Part shown: one piece after another, positions 18,545 through 26,807 of the stretch
Position numbering within the stretch: the first letter of the stretch is position 1
Layout: every line of letters starts with the position of its first letter
Assembly (NCBI GenBank): GCA_049969675.1
Contig: JBMFOP010000031.1
Coordinates: 1 to 31,752, forward strand
Reading direction: 5' to 3'
Origin: Myxococcota bacterium
GTDB lineage: Bacteria; Myxococcota; SpSt-1050
DNA: 31,752 bases
Made by a program: the position numbers and the translations under genes
Notes under the pieces: generated by a model
What the model saw: only the letters and a program-made list of their open reading frames with translations
Database searches by the model: none
Told to the model about the DNA's origin: nothing

Positions 18545-21500
18545 TCATTTTAAACAGAATCCAGTCTTTTCCCGCAACCTCAGGAATTCATCAGATACCG
18601 AATATGCAATGATATCCCTTATCTCCTCATCCCTGTTGCACTCCTTCTGTATGGCGTCATAATTGGTTGGCAGCTGTCTCCCCTGCATACTGGATCTATA
18701 TATATAAGAAATTGCAACAGCGGGTGAAGATGTAATAAATAGTCCAACTCTATTTGCACTCATAAAAGATGCCTTCTTGAATACCTTCATATCAAGTTGC
18801 ATCAGATCTGATATTCTATCCTGCATACTCATCAATATCCCTCTATTCTTTCGGGAGAGTCCCTTTGAGAGTCGCTTTGCCATATTAATTGATGCCTCAT
18901 CCTTAATCTGAACACCATATTTGTCCTGTGCCACAAGTAGTAATATGGCATTTGCCAGAATCTGCAATTCTTCCGGGCTCAATGCAGCGGCTGCTATCTG
19001 TCCATCTGCTATAAAGTATAATATCTTTGCAAAGCCAAACTTCTGCTCTTCGGTGGGCAACTTCCTTGCATAGTCGCCTCCAATTATTACTGATGGAGGG
19101 TCTGTTGCCTCCACGAATGATTGAATTCCCTGTTTATCTGCGATGTAAATATTATAGTCCTGAATATTTAGAATCTTTGCAACCTCATCACATCTTGTCC
19201 TTATTAGCTCATTTGACTTTTTAGTCATTCTGGTCTTCTTTACCTCAGGCCCATATTTCTCGATGCCCGGGCTTAATATATCGTGCAGGTCTTCATTTAT
19301 GATACTCAGAATCTCCCTGAATAGTCCGCGTGCCCTATGGTGAATTATATAAAGGTCAATATCTTCTTTCCTGAGTAAGACTTCCTTAACACCTTCAATG
19401 CGATGTCTGATCTCGCCATAGGCAAATTCCTCATCATTTGTTGCACTCTTTAAGCCCAGAAGTGTGCCAATGGCAAAGAAGAGGCCATCTTTGTGTTTTA
19501 TCTGATTGAAGATACGGGATAGTGCCCTGATATTCTCTGTATTGAATGGGTCTATCTGAATAAGTGTTCGGTATTCAATTATTGCCTGTGGATATGTAGA
19601 TGGGTCCGAGGCATAAATCTTTGAAAGCATTACATGTGCGAGGATATTGTTTGGTGCAATCTGAACTACCCTTTTAAGCTCCCTCTCTGCATCCTGATTG
19701 CTCTTCCTGATCTCTGAGTAGATCTCAGCCTTTTTAATCATAAGGGGAATTGCATTTATCTTTTCATGTTCCGGGAATGAATTTATTACGCTCTCATAGA
19801 TAGATAAAAGTTCCTCAATCTTGCCAGCCCTCTCACAGAGTGAGACAAGCCTCCCAAGTAGATCTTCGTTGGTGGGGTCTATCTTAAGTCCCTTCTTTAA
19901 GGTCTCAATGGCTTCATCTACATTTGAGAGACTATTTTCATATATCCCTGCAATTGTATAAATATACTCAAGATTCTTTGTGGGATTCTGGTTTATACTC
20001 AAAAGATATTGATAGGTTTTTAATGCATAATCATAATTATTTTGTGAATAATAAATCATACCCATATACTCCAGTGCCACAATATTATTTGGTTCAAGAG
20101 AAACTACCTTCTGGAAGCTCACAAGCGCACCGTTTATATCTTGCTTATGCGTATATAAGAGTGTTCCGAGGTAGAGATATGAATTCTTCAGGATCTCCTG
20201 TGATTTTGTACAGGAGACGAGGGCACCGAGGTAATTTATAGCCTCATCAAAATTCTTTGATGCGATCAGGTGATTGGAGAGTGCAGCCAGTGCCTCTTCA
20301 TTATATGGGTTGAGGGAAACAGCATTCTTATATGCTGATATAGCCTCGGAAATCTTTGAAGGGTCTCTCTCCAAAAGATGCGCCATCTTTACAAAGATTC
20401 CCGCCTTCTCTAAATTATCTGTCAAGACAGATATCCTCTTTGAATACATTGATATAAGTTCATCAGTGCGATTCTGATTAATAAGTAGCGGCTCAAGTCT
20501 CGTAAATATATTACTATCGGCAGGTGAGAGGTCAAATGCCATCAGATATATGGAGACTGCCCTTGTGATATCACCAATTTTCTCTTCCAGAACCTGTGCC
20601 GCCTCAGTATAGATCCTCTTTTTTACGACATTATTCATAATCTTCTCTGCGAGTGAAATTGAGATTGAGACAAATTCGTTAAATTTATCGCCTTTGTAAT
20701 AATAATCTCTGAGGAGGATAAATGCAGGGATATAATCAGGATATCTCGTTGTTATCTCATTTAGTAGCGATATTGCCAGACTGACTGTCTTTGGGTTTCC
20801 AAGCAGGAGTACGGCAAGTCTAAAGTTCTCAACCACCGATTCTTCCTGCCCGAGATTTAATCTGTTTATAAAATTCTTAAATAACAGACTCAACCCGTCT
20901 GTGTCCATATATTTACTGTATGCCCTTTCAAGTGTATCAATCGCGAGGCGGTTATCCGGCTCAAGTTCCAGCACCTTGATATAGTGAATATAACTCTCCG
21001 AGGGCATCTTCATTACGGTCTCTTTGAGAGCAGCCAATTCAAGATGTATTGAGATCAGCAACTCGTTTGAAAGATTCAGATTTGAGAGCTTCTCGAGCAC
21101 TGTGATGAGTTTGATGTAATCCTTCTCCTCCCTGTATATAGCAGAGAGCATCATAAGCGCCCTTATAAAATTGGGCTCAATGGCAATCACCTTTTCCAGA
21201 TACATAATTGCCCGATTAATCTCCTTGAGCTTATAATAGAATATCTGGGCGAGTTCCCAGTAGAGTTCAGCCTTTTCAGAATCAACCGGCATCTGTGATG
21301 CAAATTCTATTAGCATATCTGCGAGTTCGGTATATCTACCATTCTGCCTGAGAGAATCTATGAGAAGTAATTTTGCATTGCTATTCTCTCTGTTAAGGGC
21401 GAGAGACTTTTTTAAGAACTCTATACCTTTATTGAAATTTTTAAGCCTGTTTATGTAGATATCTCCAACCTGATAAAAGATGTAAGCCTTCTGCTTTATA

Positions 21501-23734
21501 TCTATTACCAGCTCCTCCTCCTTGAGCAGCATATCAATATATCTGTCGTAGCTCCTGAGTTTGAGATATATATCTTTCAGGGCATTGAGTGCAGGAAGAT
21601 TATGTGGATCCAGCATCAGAATCTCTTCATATACCGAGATTGCGCGCTCGGGCATATTGAGTCTATCCTCATATATCTGGGCAATCTTGTGATAGAGCGA
21701 GATGTTGTGTGGCTGGTTTCTTGTGACCTCAATCTCTCTTTTATACATATCAATCAACTCTTCATATCTCTCCTGACAGAGGTAGATATTCCCGAGTGAC
21801 TTTAATGCTGGAAGGTAGTTTGGAGATATCATCAGTGCCTTTTTATAGTATCTAACTGCCTCATCAATATTTTTCAGGTGTTCTTCATATGTCTCTCCTA
21901 TCTTGTGCAGGAGCGAGACTATCTGAATCTGGTCTTTTATAAGTTCCGCCTCAATCTCACACATCTTTATTAAATCCTCCCATCTACCGAGACGGGCATA
22001 TAGACGGGCGAGCGTCCTGATAGTCGGTAAATGGTCCGGGATTATATCCAGAATCCTCCTATATGTCTCAGCCGCCTTCTCCTTATTATTGAGCCTCTCC
22101 TCATATGTAATGCCTATTTTATCCAGCAGGAAGGCCACCTGTTCCTTATCCTCCGTAATCTTTATCTCCTCTTCAAACATATCAATTAGTTCCTGATACA
22201 TCCCGAGCCTTCCATACAGTGTCCCAAGGGCTTTGAGCGCTGGTAGATATGATGACCTTATCTGAAGTATCTGTCTATAAACTGCGATTGCCCTGTTGAG
22301 GTCCTGAATCCTCAATTCAATTATCTCTGCCATCTTATAGTAGCGTGCCACTTTCTGAAGGACATCTTCGGTCTGAGATATCTCCATCTCCATTAATCTA
22401 ACAAGGTCCTCCCACTTTCCGTGTTTTGCAAGCAATCTACCGAGTGCGGCGTAGGCTGGCTGATATGAAGAAGAGGTCTCAATTATCTTTTTATAGTAAT
22501 CTATTGCCGCAACCTCATTCTGTAATTTCTCTTCATAGATGCTACCGAGTCTGAAATATATATTTGCGAGCACATTTTTATCTGAAGTCAGTTCTGCTAT
22601 CCTTTTTAGAATCTCTACAATCTTATCATATTCGTTTTTCTGAAAATATTGATGTAACAGGTCATCAAGTGTAGCGAGGTCAGAAGACCTGAGCCTTAGA
22701 ATCTCGGAGAGATAGTATATTGCCGAATCGGGGTCATTTAGATAATTTTTGTAAAGCACCACAAGTTTGTTATATATATCTACCCTTTTTTCAGGAGGAA
22801 GGGCGTTTGAATGTTGCTTTAATACAGCCGAGAGTTCACTATATTGCTTCTTCGTCATAAGAATATTCTCAATAGCGCTCACCGCATCCCTGTCCGATGG
22901 GTCTATCATAAATATTCTCTCATAGCACTTTAGTGACATATCAGGGTCGTTTAATCTCTCCTCAAATATCTTCCCTTCAAATAGTAGCAAGGTCTTTATA
23001 TAAGGCTCTGGAAGTTTTAGATGTGTAATCTGATCAATTATATTTACCAGTTCTGTGGTATTTCTATTGCGAAAATAGATATTATTCAGAAAATTGAGAA
23101 GATTTACATCACCTGTTGAATCAGAGAGCGCCTGCACAATGGCATCCCGCGCCCCATTGATGTCACTCAGATAATAGAATTTTACAAAGGCTATCTCAAA
23201 CCAGATATCCGCCTTATTCTTTATCTCTGGATTTTGAGCCATTAATTGTAGGAGCTGAACTGCCATTTGATAATTTCCTAAATAATAGAATAATCTAATG
23301 GCAGACCTTACATTCGGGAAGAATGAGAAATCAATATTAAATGCATTCTGAAAATCAATGGCTGCATTCCTCGGTTGCTTTAATTTTTCACTCAGAATTA
23401 TTCCAGCGGAGTTGAATAATACAGAGGCCTCTCTTGTCTGACCGCGGGTCTTTGCCTCGTCCTCCAGATATGAGACTATCTCCTGCCAGTTTATAAACTC
23501 CTTGAGCATCTCTCTTGGGCTCTCTACAGGGATTTTTAGCCTTTCAACAGGTGGAATGCCCTTTATCTCCTCCGAGACCTCCTTCTCTGGCTCTTTCTTT
23601 ACTCCCTCACTAACCTGGGGTTCTGCACCCTCAATCAGCTCTGCCTCCAATAGAGGCATATCCTCTTCCATAGTCTTCGGTTTGGATGAGAACCATTCAT
23701 CAATTATATTACTCTTCTTTTCATCGGAAGACAT
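18545..23734 (-). CDS. Giant tetratricopeptide-repeat protein (myxobacterial type)
   Basis: 1729 aa of tandem TPR-like units (e.g. KIGETYEEHLKNIDEAVRYYKKALMISPNYLPALKSLGNIY). Acidic disordered N-terminus. Non-TPR C-terminal domain ending YSVSDEFLRLREKTG. SD GAGGAGG. Confidence 0.9.
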   Translation of the reverse strand: MSSDEKKSNIIDEWFSSKPKTMEEDMPLLEAELIEGAEPQVSEGVKKEPEKEVSEEIKGIPPVERLKIPVESPREMLKEFINWQEIVSYLEDEAKTRGQTREASVLFNSAGIILSEKLKQPRNAAIDFQNAFNIDFSFFPNVRSAIRLFYYLGNYQMAVQLLQLMAQNPEIKNKADIWFEIAFVKFYYLSDINGARDAIVQALSDSTGDVNLLNFLNNIYFRNRNTTELVNIIDQITHLKLPEPYIKTLLLFEGKIFEERLNDPDMSLKCYERIFMIDPSDRDAVSAIENILMTKKQYSELSAVLKQHSNALPPEKRVDIYNKLVVLYKNYLNDPDSAIYYLSEILRLRSSDLATLDDLLHQYFQKNEYDKIVEILKRIAELTSDKNVLANIYFRLGSIYEEKLQNEVAAIDYYKKIIETSSSYQPAYAALGRLLAKHGKWEDLVRLMEMEISQTEDVLQKVARYYKMAEIIELRIQDLNRAIAVYRQILQIRSSYLPALKALGTLYGRLGMYQELIDMFEEEIKITEDKEQVAFLLDKIGITYEERLNNKEKAAETYRRILDIIPDHLPTIRTLARLYARLGRWEDLIKMCEIEAELIKDQIQIVSLLHKIGETYEEHLKNIDEAVRYYKKALMISPNYLPALKSLGNIYLCQERYEELIDMYKREIEVTRNQPHNISLYHKIAQIYEDRLNMPERAISVYEEILMLDPHNLPALNALKDIYLKLRSYDRYIDMLLKEEELVIDIKQKAYIFYQVGDIYINRLKNFNKGIEFLKKSLALNRENSNAKLLLIDSLRQNGRYTELADMLIEFASQMPVDSEKAELYWELAQIFYYKLKEINRAIMYLEKVIAIEPNFIRALMMLSAIYREEKDYIKLITVLEKLSNLNLSNELLISIHLELAALKETVMKMPSESYIHYIKVLELEPDNRLAIDTLERAYSKYMDTDGLSLLFKNFINRLNLGQEESVVENFRLAVLLLGNPKTVSLAISLLNEITTRYPDYIPAFILLRDYYYKGDKFNEFVSISISLAEKIMNNVVKKRIYTEAAQVLEEKIGDITRAVSIYLMAFDLSPADSNIFTRLEPLLINQNRTDELISMYSKRISVLTDNLEKAGIFVKMAHLLERDPSKISEAISAYKNAVSLNPYNEEALAALSNHLIASKNFDEAINYLGALVSCTKSQEILKNSYLYLGTLLYTHKQDINGALVSFQKVVSLEPNNIVALEYMGMIYYSQNNYDYALKTYQYLLSINQNPTKNLEYIYTIAGIYENSLSNVDEAIETLKKGLKIDPTNEDLLGRLVSLCERAGKIEELLSIYESVINSFPEHEKINAIPLMIKKAEIYSEIRKSNQDAERELKRVVQIAPNNILAHVMLSKIYASDPSTYPQAIIEYRTLIQIDPFNTENIRALSRIFNQIKHKDGLFFAIGTLLGLKSATNDEEFAYGEIRHRIEGVKEVLLRKEDIDLYIIHHRARGLFREILSIINEDLHDILSPGIEKYGPEVKKTRMTKKSNELIRTRCDEVAKILNIQDYNIYIADKQGIQSFVEATDPPSVIIGGDYARKLPTEEQKFGFAKILYFIADGQIAAAALSPEELQILANAILLLVAQDKYGVQIKDEASINMAKRLSKGLSRKNRGILMSMQDRISDLMQLDMKVFKKASFMSANRVGLFITSSPAVAISYIYRSSMQGRQLPTNYDAIQKECNRDEEIRDIIAYSVSDEFLRLREKTGFCLK

Positions 23735-23771
23735 TGAATTTCCTCCTCATATGGAATATCTTTCAGGTAAG

Positions 23772-23800
23772 AAAATAGTAAATAATAATAAATATGTCAA
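23772..23800 (-). promoter_or_regulatory. Putative promoter of the TPR operon (TTGACA-N17-TATTTT)
   Basis: Plus strand has TGTCAA at 23795-23800 and AAAATA at 23772-23777. Confidence 0.45.
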
Positions 23801-23899
23801 ATTATAATATGCTTCAACCACCAACTCAATTCTTAAAAGACTAAAGTTTACACAGAGAAAAGTTCTTAACCCTATATTTCCCATAACAACCAGATCCCT

Positions 23900-24295
23900 T
23901 TATTCCTTTTTCTTCCCTCACTTCTATCACCGACTTAAAAAACATATTCTTAGAAAATATCAATAGAATTTGTTTTATTAACTACAAAGCAGTTTGCCTG
24001 GCCAACTGAAATATTGTTTAACCAGTTTTATATTTTATCCAAAAATAACGCATTGTGCTATATAGAATGATAATAAAAGGACAGGTTGTTTATCCAAAAG
24101 AAATCTCCTTTTAGTTTTTTATCTGATAACAGACCCGTCCAAAACAGATTATAACAAAAGCCTCAAAGATACTGAATTTTTGGAGGAGGCTTTATATAAA
24201 TATGAATCACATCAGTTTTCAGCAAATTCTACAAATATTTTCAAGGAATATGTTTTATAAGGCTATGATAGAGATAAGGGGAGATAGAGGAATAA
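23900..24295. repeat. Long imperfect inverted repeat (arms 23900-23972 and 24223-24295)
   Basis: The reverse complement of the left arm aligns without gaps to the right arm at 58 of 73 positions (hand count). Confidence 0.85.
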
Positions 24296-24384
24296 TGGAT
24301 TTGTCTCTTAATAGGAATTTATATCAATGCTTATAGTGTGAGTGGTGTTTAAGATACCAGACAACTTTCTAATAGGTTTTACAT

Positions 24385-24417
24385 CCTTTAAGACCCCACC
24401 AATTGTGCCAGATGCAG
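24385..24417 (+). repeat. Copy 2 of the dispersed intergenic repeat (copy 1 at 16882-16915)
   Basis: CCTTTAAGACCCCACCAATTGTGCCAGATGCAG. Confidence 0.7.
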
Positions 24418-24422
24418 CAATT

Positions 24423-24450
24423 GTAGGGGCTAATGATTATTAGCCCTTAC
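24423..24450. repeat. REP-like palindrome (GTAG family)
   Basis: GTAGGGGCTAAT-GATT-ATTAGCCCTTAC forms a 12-bp stem with one G:T pair and begins with the GTAG tetranucleotide typical of REP elements. Confidence 0.7.
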
Positions 24451-24591
24451 TAATTTAAAGTTGTACAGCATTTTAAAATGTAAAAAAATCAGAATTGAAT
24501 CTTATGTAGAATCCTTCGCTTCAAAAATTGGACCACCATTTAAAAGACTTCAACCTATCATAACTGAGCAATTACAAAATTAAGAATTCAA

Positions 24592-24620
24592 TTGATTTTT
24601 TTATTAAATAAAAGTATTAT
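24592..24620 (+). promoter_or_regulatory. Putative promoter (TTGATT-N17-TATTAT)
   Basis: Canonical spacing. SD AAGGAGG precedes ATG 24655. Confidence 0.45.
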
Positions 24621-24654
24621 ATCTCCTCACTCAGGTCTTTAAGGAGGTTTCACG

Positions 24655-25743
24655 ATGTTAAAAAAGATAATTGCTGTCCTGTTTGCCTTATCGGTATGTA
24701 TTCTGATAATCTACTGTGGAGGTTCTGACAACAGGATTGATTTTGGTGATGTGTCCATACAGGACACCATCAGCACAACAGATACGGGAAATAACAATAA
24801 TACAAATGTGTGTAATTCCTGCACCTCTGAGCAATTATGTGCTTATGAAAAGGCCTGTGTCAACAGGCCAACAGAAGAGGCAAAATCAACCAGGGATAGT
24901 CAGAATAATATTTTTGAAACGCCAGACTTCACCTGTATAACAGACTCTCCAAGAAAGCCACAGGGACCTGATAAGGTCAAGATCAAGGGCTGTGTAGATG
25001 CATTCGGGATCTCTGGCAATACTGTTGATGCAAAGATCTCCTTTTATAAAGAGGAAGATATTTTGCAATATGGCGAATGCATAAAGGTTAGTGGGAAGGA
25101 TAATTGCAAAATGCCAGACCCAATTGTACCTGAAGTAATATCCACTCAGGATACTACCTGTGATGACTGGGGCGCTTATGAAGTTGAAAATATTCCGACC
25201 AACACAATGCTGGTAAGATTGGTAAGGCTTGAGGATTTTCACGACACATATCAGTTCAATGTATATTTCCCTGCGGATAAAGACTTAAACAATGATGGTA
25301 TAATCACAGCCGATGAATACGATGACGCAACGGCAAATGGCATTAGTAATTCCACATGGAATCTGATCCCGAGAACAATCGGTCTGCTCGGAATCACAAA
25401 GGGCAATGGAGTCATTGCTGGCAGAGTTAGAGATTGCAAACACTACCCGGTAATGAATGCAACGATAGGGACAGATGGCAAACCGAAGATGCTGGTATAT
25501 TTCAACGGTGATGATGGCAAGGTGGATTCAGATGGTAAGGCAAAGAGTTCGGACCCGGATCCACAGAGAAAATCTACCAATTCTGACGGTCTCTATGCTA
25601 TAGTAGATATCTCACCGGGTAATTACAACATCGCAGCCCTTGCGCAAAAAGATAGTCAAATTGTAAGGCTTGGATATTATATACTTACAGTATTCCCGGA
25701 CGCCGCCACAATACTCTCATTTAAGGAATCACGGGCAAGATAA
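24655..25743 (+). CDS. Lipoprotein with carboxypeptidase-regulatory-like beta-sandwich domains
   Basis: Signal ending ILIIY-CGG. Cys pairs. GVIAGRVRDC...V.NATI and TNSDGLYAIVDISPGNYNI. DxDxNxDG-type Ca-binding-like loop DKDLNNDGIITADE. Confidence 0.75.
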   Translation: MLKKIIAVLFALSVCILIIYCGGSDNRIDFGDVSIQDTISTTDTGNNNNTNVCNSCTSEQLCAYEKACVNRPTEEAKSTRDSQNNIFETPDFTCITDSPRKPQGPDKVKIKGCVDAFGISGNTVDAKISFYKEEDILQYGECIKVSGKDNCKMPDPIVPEVISTQDTTCDDWGAYEVENIPTNTMLVRLVRLEDFHDTYQFNVYFPADKDLNNDGIITADEYDDATANGISNSTWNLIPRTIGLLGITKGNGVIAGRVRDCKHYPVMNATIGTDGKPKMLVYFNGDDGKVDSDGKAKSSDPDPQRKSTNSDGLYAIVDISPGNYNIAALAQKDSQIVRLGYYILTVFPDAATILSFKESRAR

Positions 25744-25836
25744 AGGCAAGAGTCTCCCTCATCATTAAATAGTTTATAGAGATGACACCCTCGGTTCTTC
25801 TCTTAAGAAAGAACATTACAGAGACTCCATATTATA

Positions 25837-25865
25837 TTGCAAAAAGAGATTTTGACAAATATAAT
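25837..25865 (+). promoter_or_regulatory. Putative promoter of the methyltransferase (TTGCAA-N17-TATAAT)
   Basis: TTGCAA 25837-25842 and TATAAT 25860-25865. GTG 25874 would then be almost leaderless. Confidence 0.45.
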
Positions 25866-25873
25866 AAAATCCT

Positions 25874-26803
25874 GTGAAGAGAGTTTCTAATTCATATAAT
25901 TATTTATTTTTCAAAACCATTAAAATCAATAAAGAGAGAAAACGATGCCCGGTGATAGATTATTTAAGTGATTTAAACCCCGTTAGAACGATCGGTTTAT
26001 TCAAAGGCAGTAAGATTGATATTTATTATACTGATACAAAGGACTTCAACGACGAACAATTGGCATGGTTTAAATATGAGAAAGGTCAGATTTACAGGCA
26101 GAGAGATAATAAAACTTACATTAATGATTTCAAAAAACAGCTAATAAAAATGAATATACATCCATATTGTAATAGATGCATATATAAATTTAGCTGTCCT
26201 AACATATGGGTGGAAGAGAAGAAAGATCTATTTGAGGAATCAGAAAAAATAGTAAGAAGTCTTCTGATAAAGATGAGAGGAAATGTACTTGATATTGGCT
26301 GCGGCTCAATCAATTTATACGAAGGTATATTAAAAAATCTTTCTATCAACAATAAAATTAATTATACTGGTATAGACCCAAACTCTAAGAGCATAAAAAA
26401 TATGAAAAAACTATACAAAGATTATAATAATATAAAGTTCATCAAAACGACCATAGAAAAGTACCCCGCAAAAGATATAAAATACGATTATGTTTTATTA
26501 CTCAGAAGTATCAATCACATAAAGAACACAACAAGTCTTTTCAAAAAAATAAAAAAAATATTGAAAAAAGGTGGGAAACTATTGATTGTAGACAATATCC
26601 CTTTTGGCGTAATAAGAGATGGAAGTTTTCTATCTGATACCAATAAAAAACCAATAAAAAACCCGGTCTTTGAACATTTTCATAATTATGATAGCATAGA
26701 TATATTAAGATTTTTAAGAGTAAAGCATATATGTATAAAGCTTCATACATCTGTAACGATGTATACTTCAAACCAGTGGTTGTTATTAGGATTTATCTCA
26801 TAA
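25874..26803 (+). CDS. Class I SAM-dependent methyltransferase with N-terminal CxxC-x5-C region
   Basis: Motif I VLDIGCG, YTGIDP, YDYVLLLRSINH, ILKKGGKLLIVD. CNRCIYKFSCP lies upstream of the MTase fold. The start codon is uncertain. Confidence 0.85.
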   Translation: MKRVSNSYNYLFFKTIKINKERKRCPVIDYLSDLNPVRTIGLFKGSKIDIYYTDTKDFNDEQLAWFKYEKGQIYRQRDNKTYINDFKKQLIKMNIHPYCNRCIYKFSCPNIWVEEKKDLFEESEKIVRSLLIKMRGNVLDIGCGSINLYEGILKNLSINNKINYTGIDPNSKSIKNMKKLYKDYNNIKFIKTTIEKYPAKDIKYDYVLLLRSINHIKNTTSLFKKIKKILKKGGKLLIVDNIPFGVIRDGSFLSDTNKKPIKNPVFEHFHNYDSIDILRFLRVKHICIKLHTSVTMYTSNQWLLLGFIS

Positions 26804-26807
26804 GGAT

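Noticed and set aside
23985..24005. GGCAAAC on the minus strand (and GGGCAAA near 16915) as a c-di-GMP-I riboswitch
   Set aside because: The GNRA-capped stem and the downstream GACGCAAAG-like element are absent.
25764..25775. TTAAATAG resembling the pistol ribozyme linker
   Set aside because: The surrounding P1/pseudoknot pairing and conserved downstream residues do not fit.
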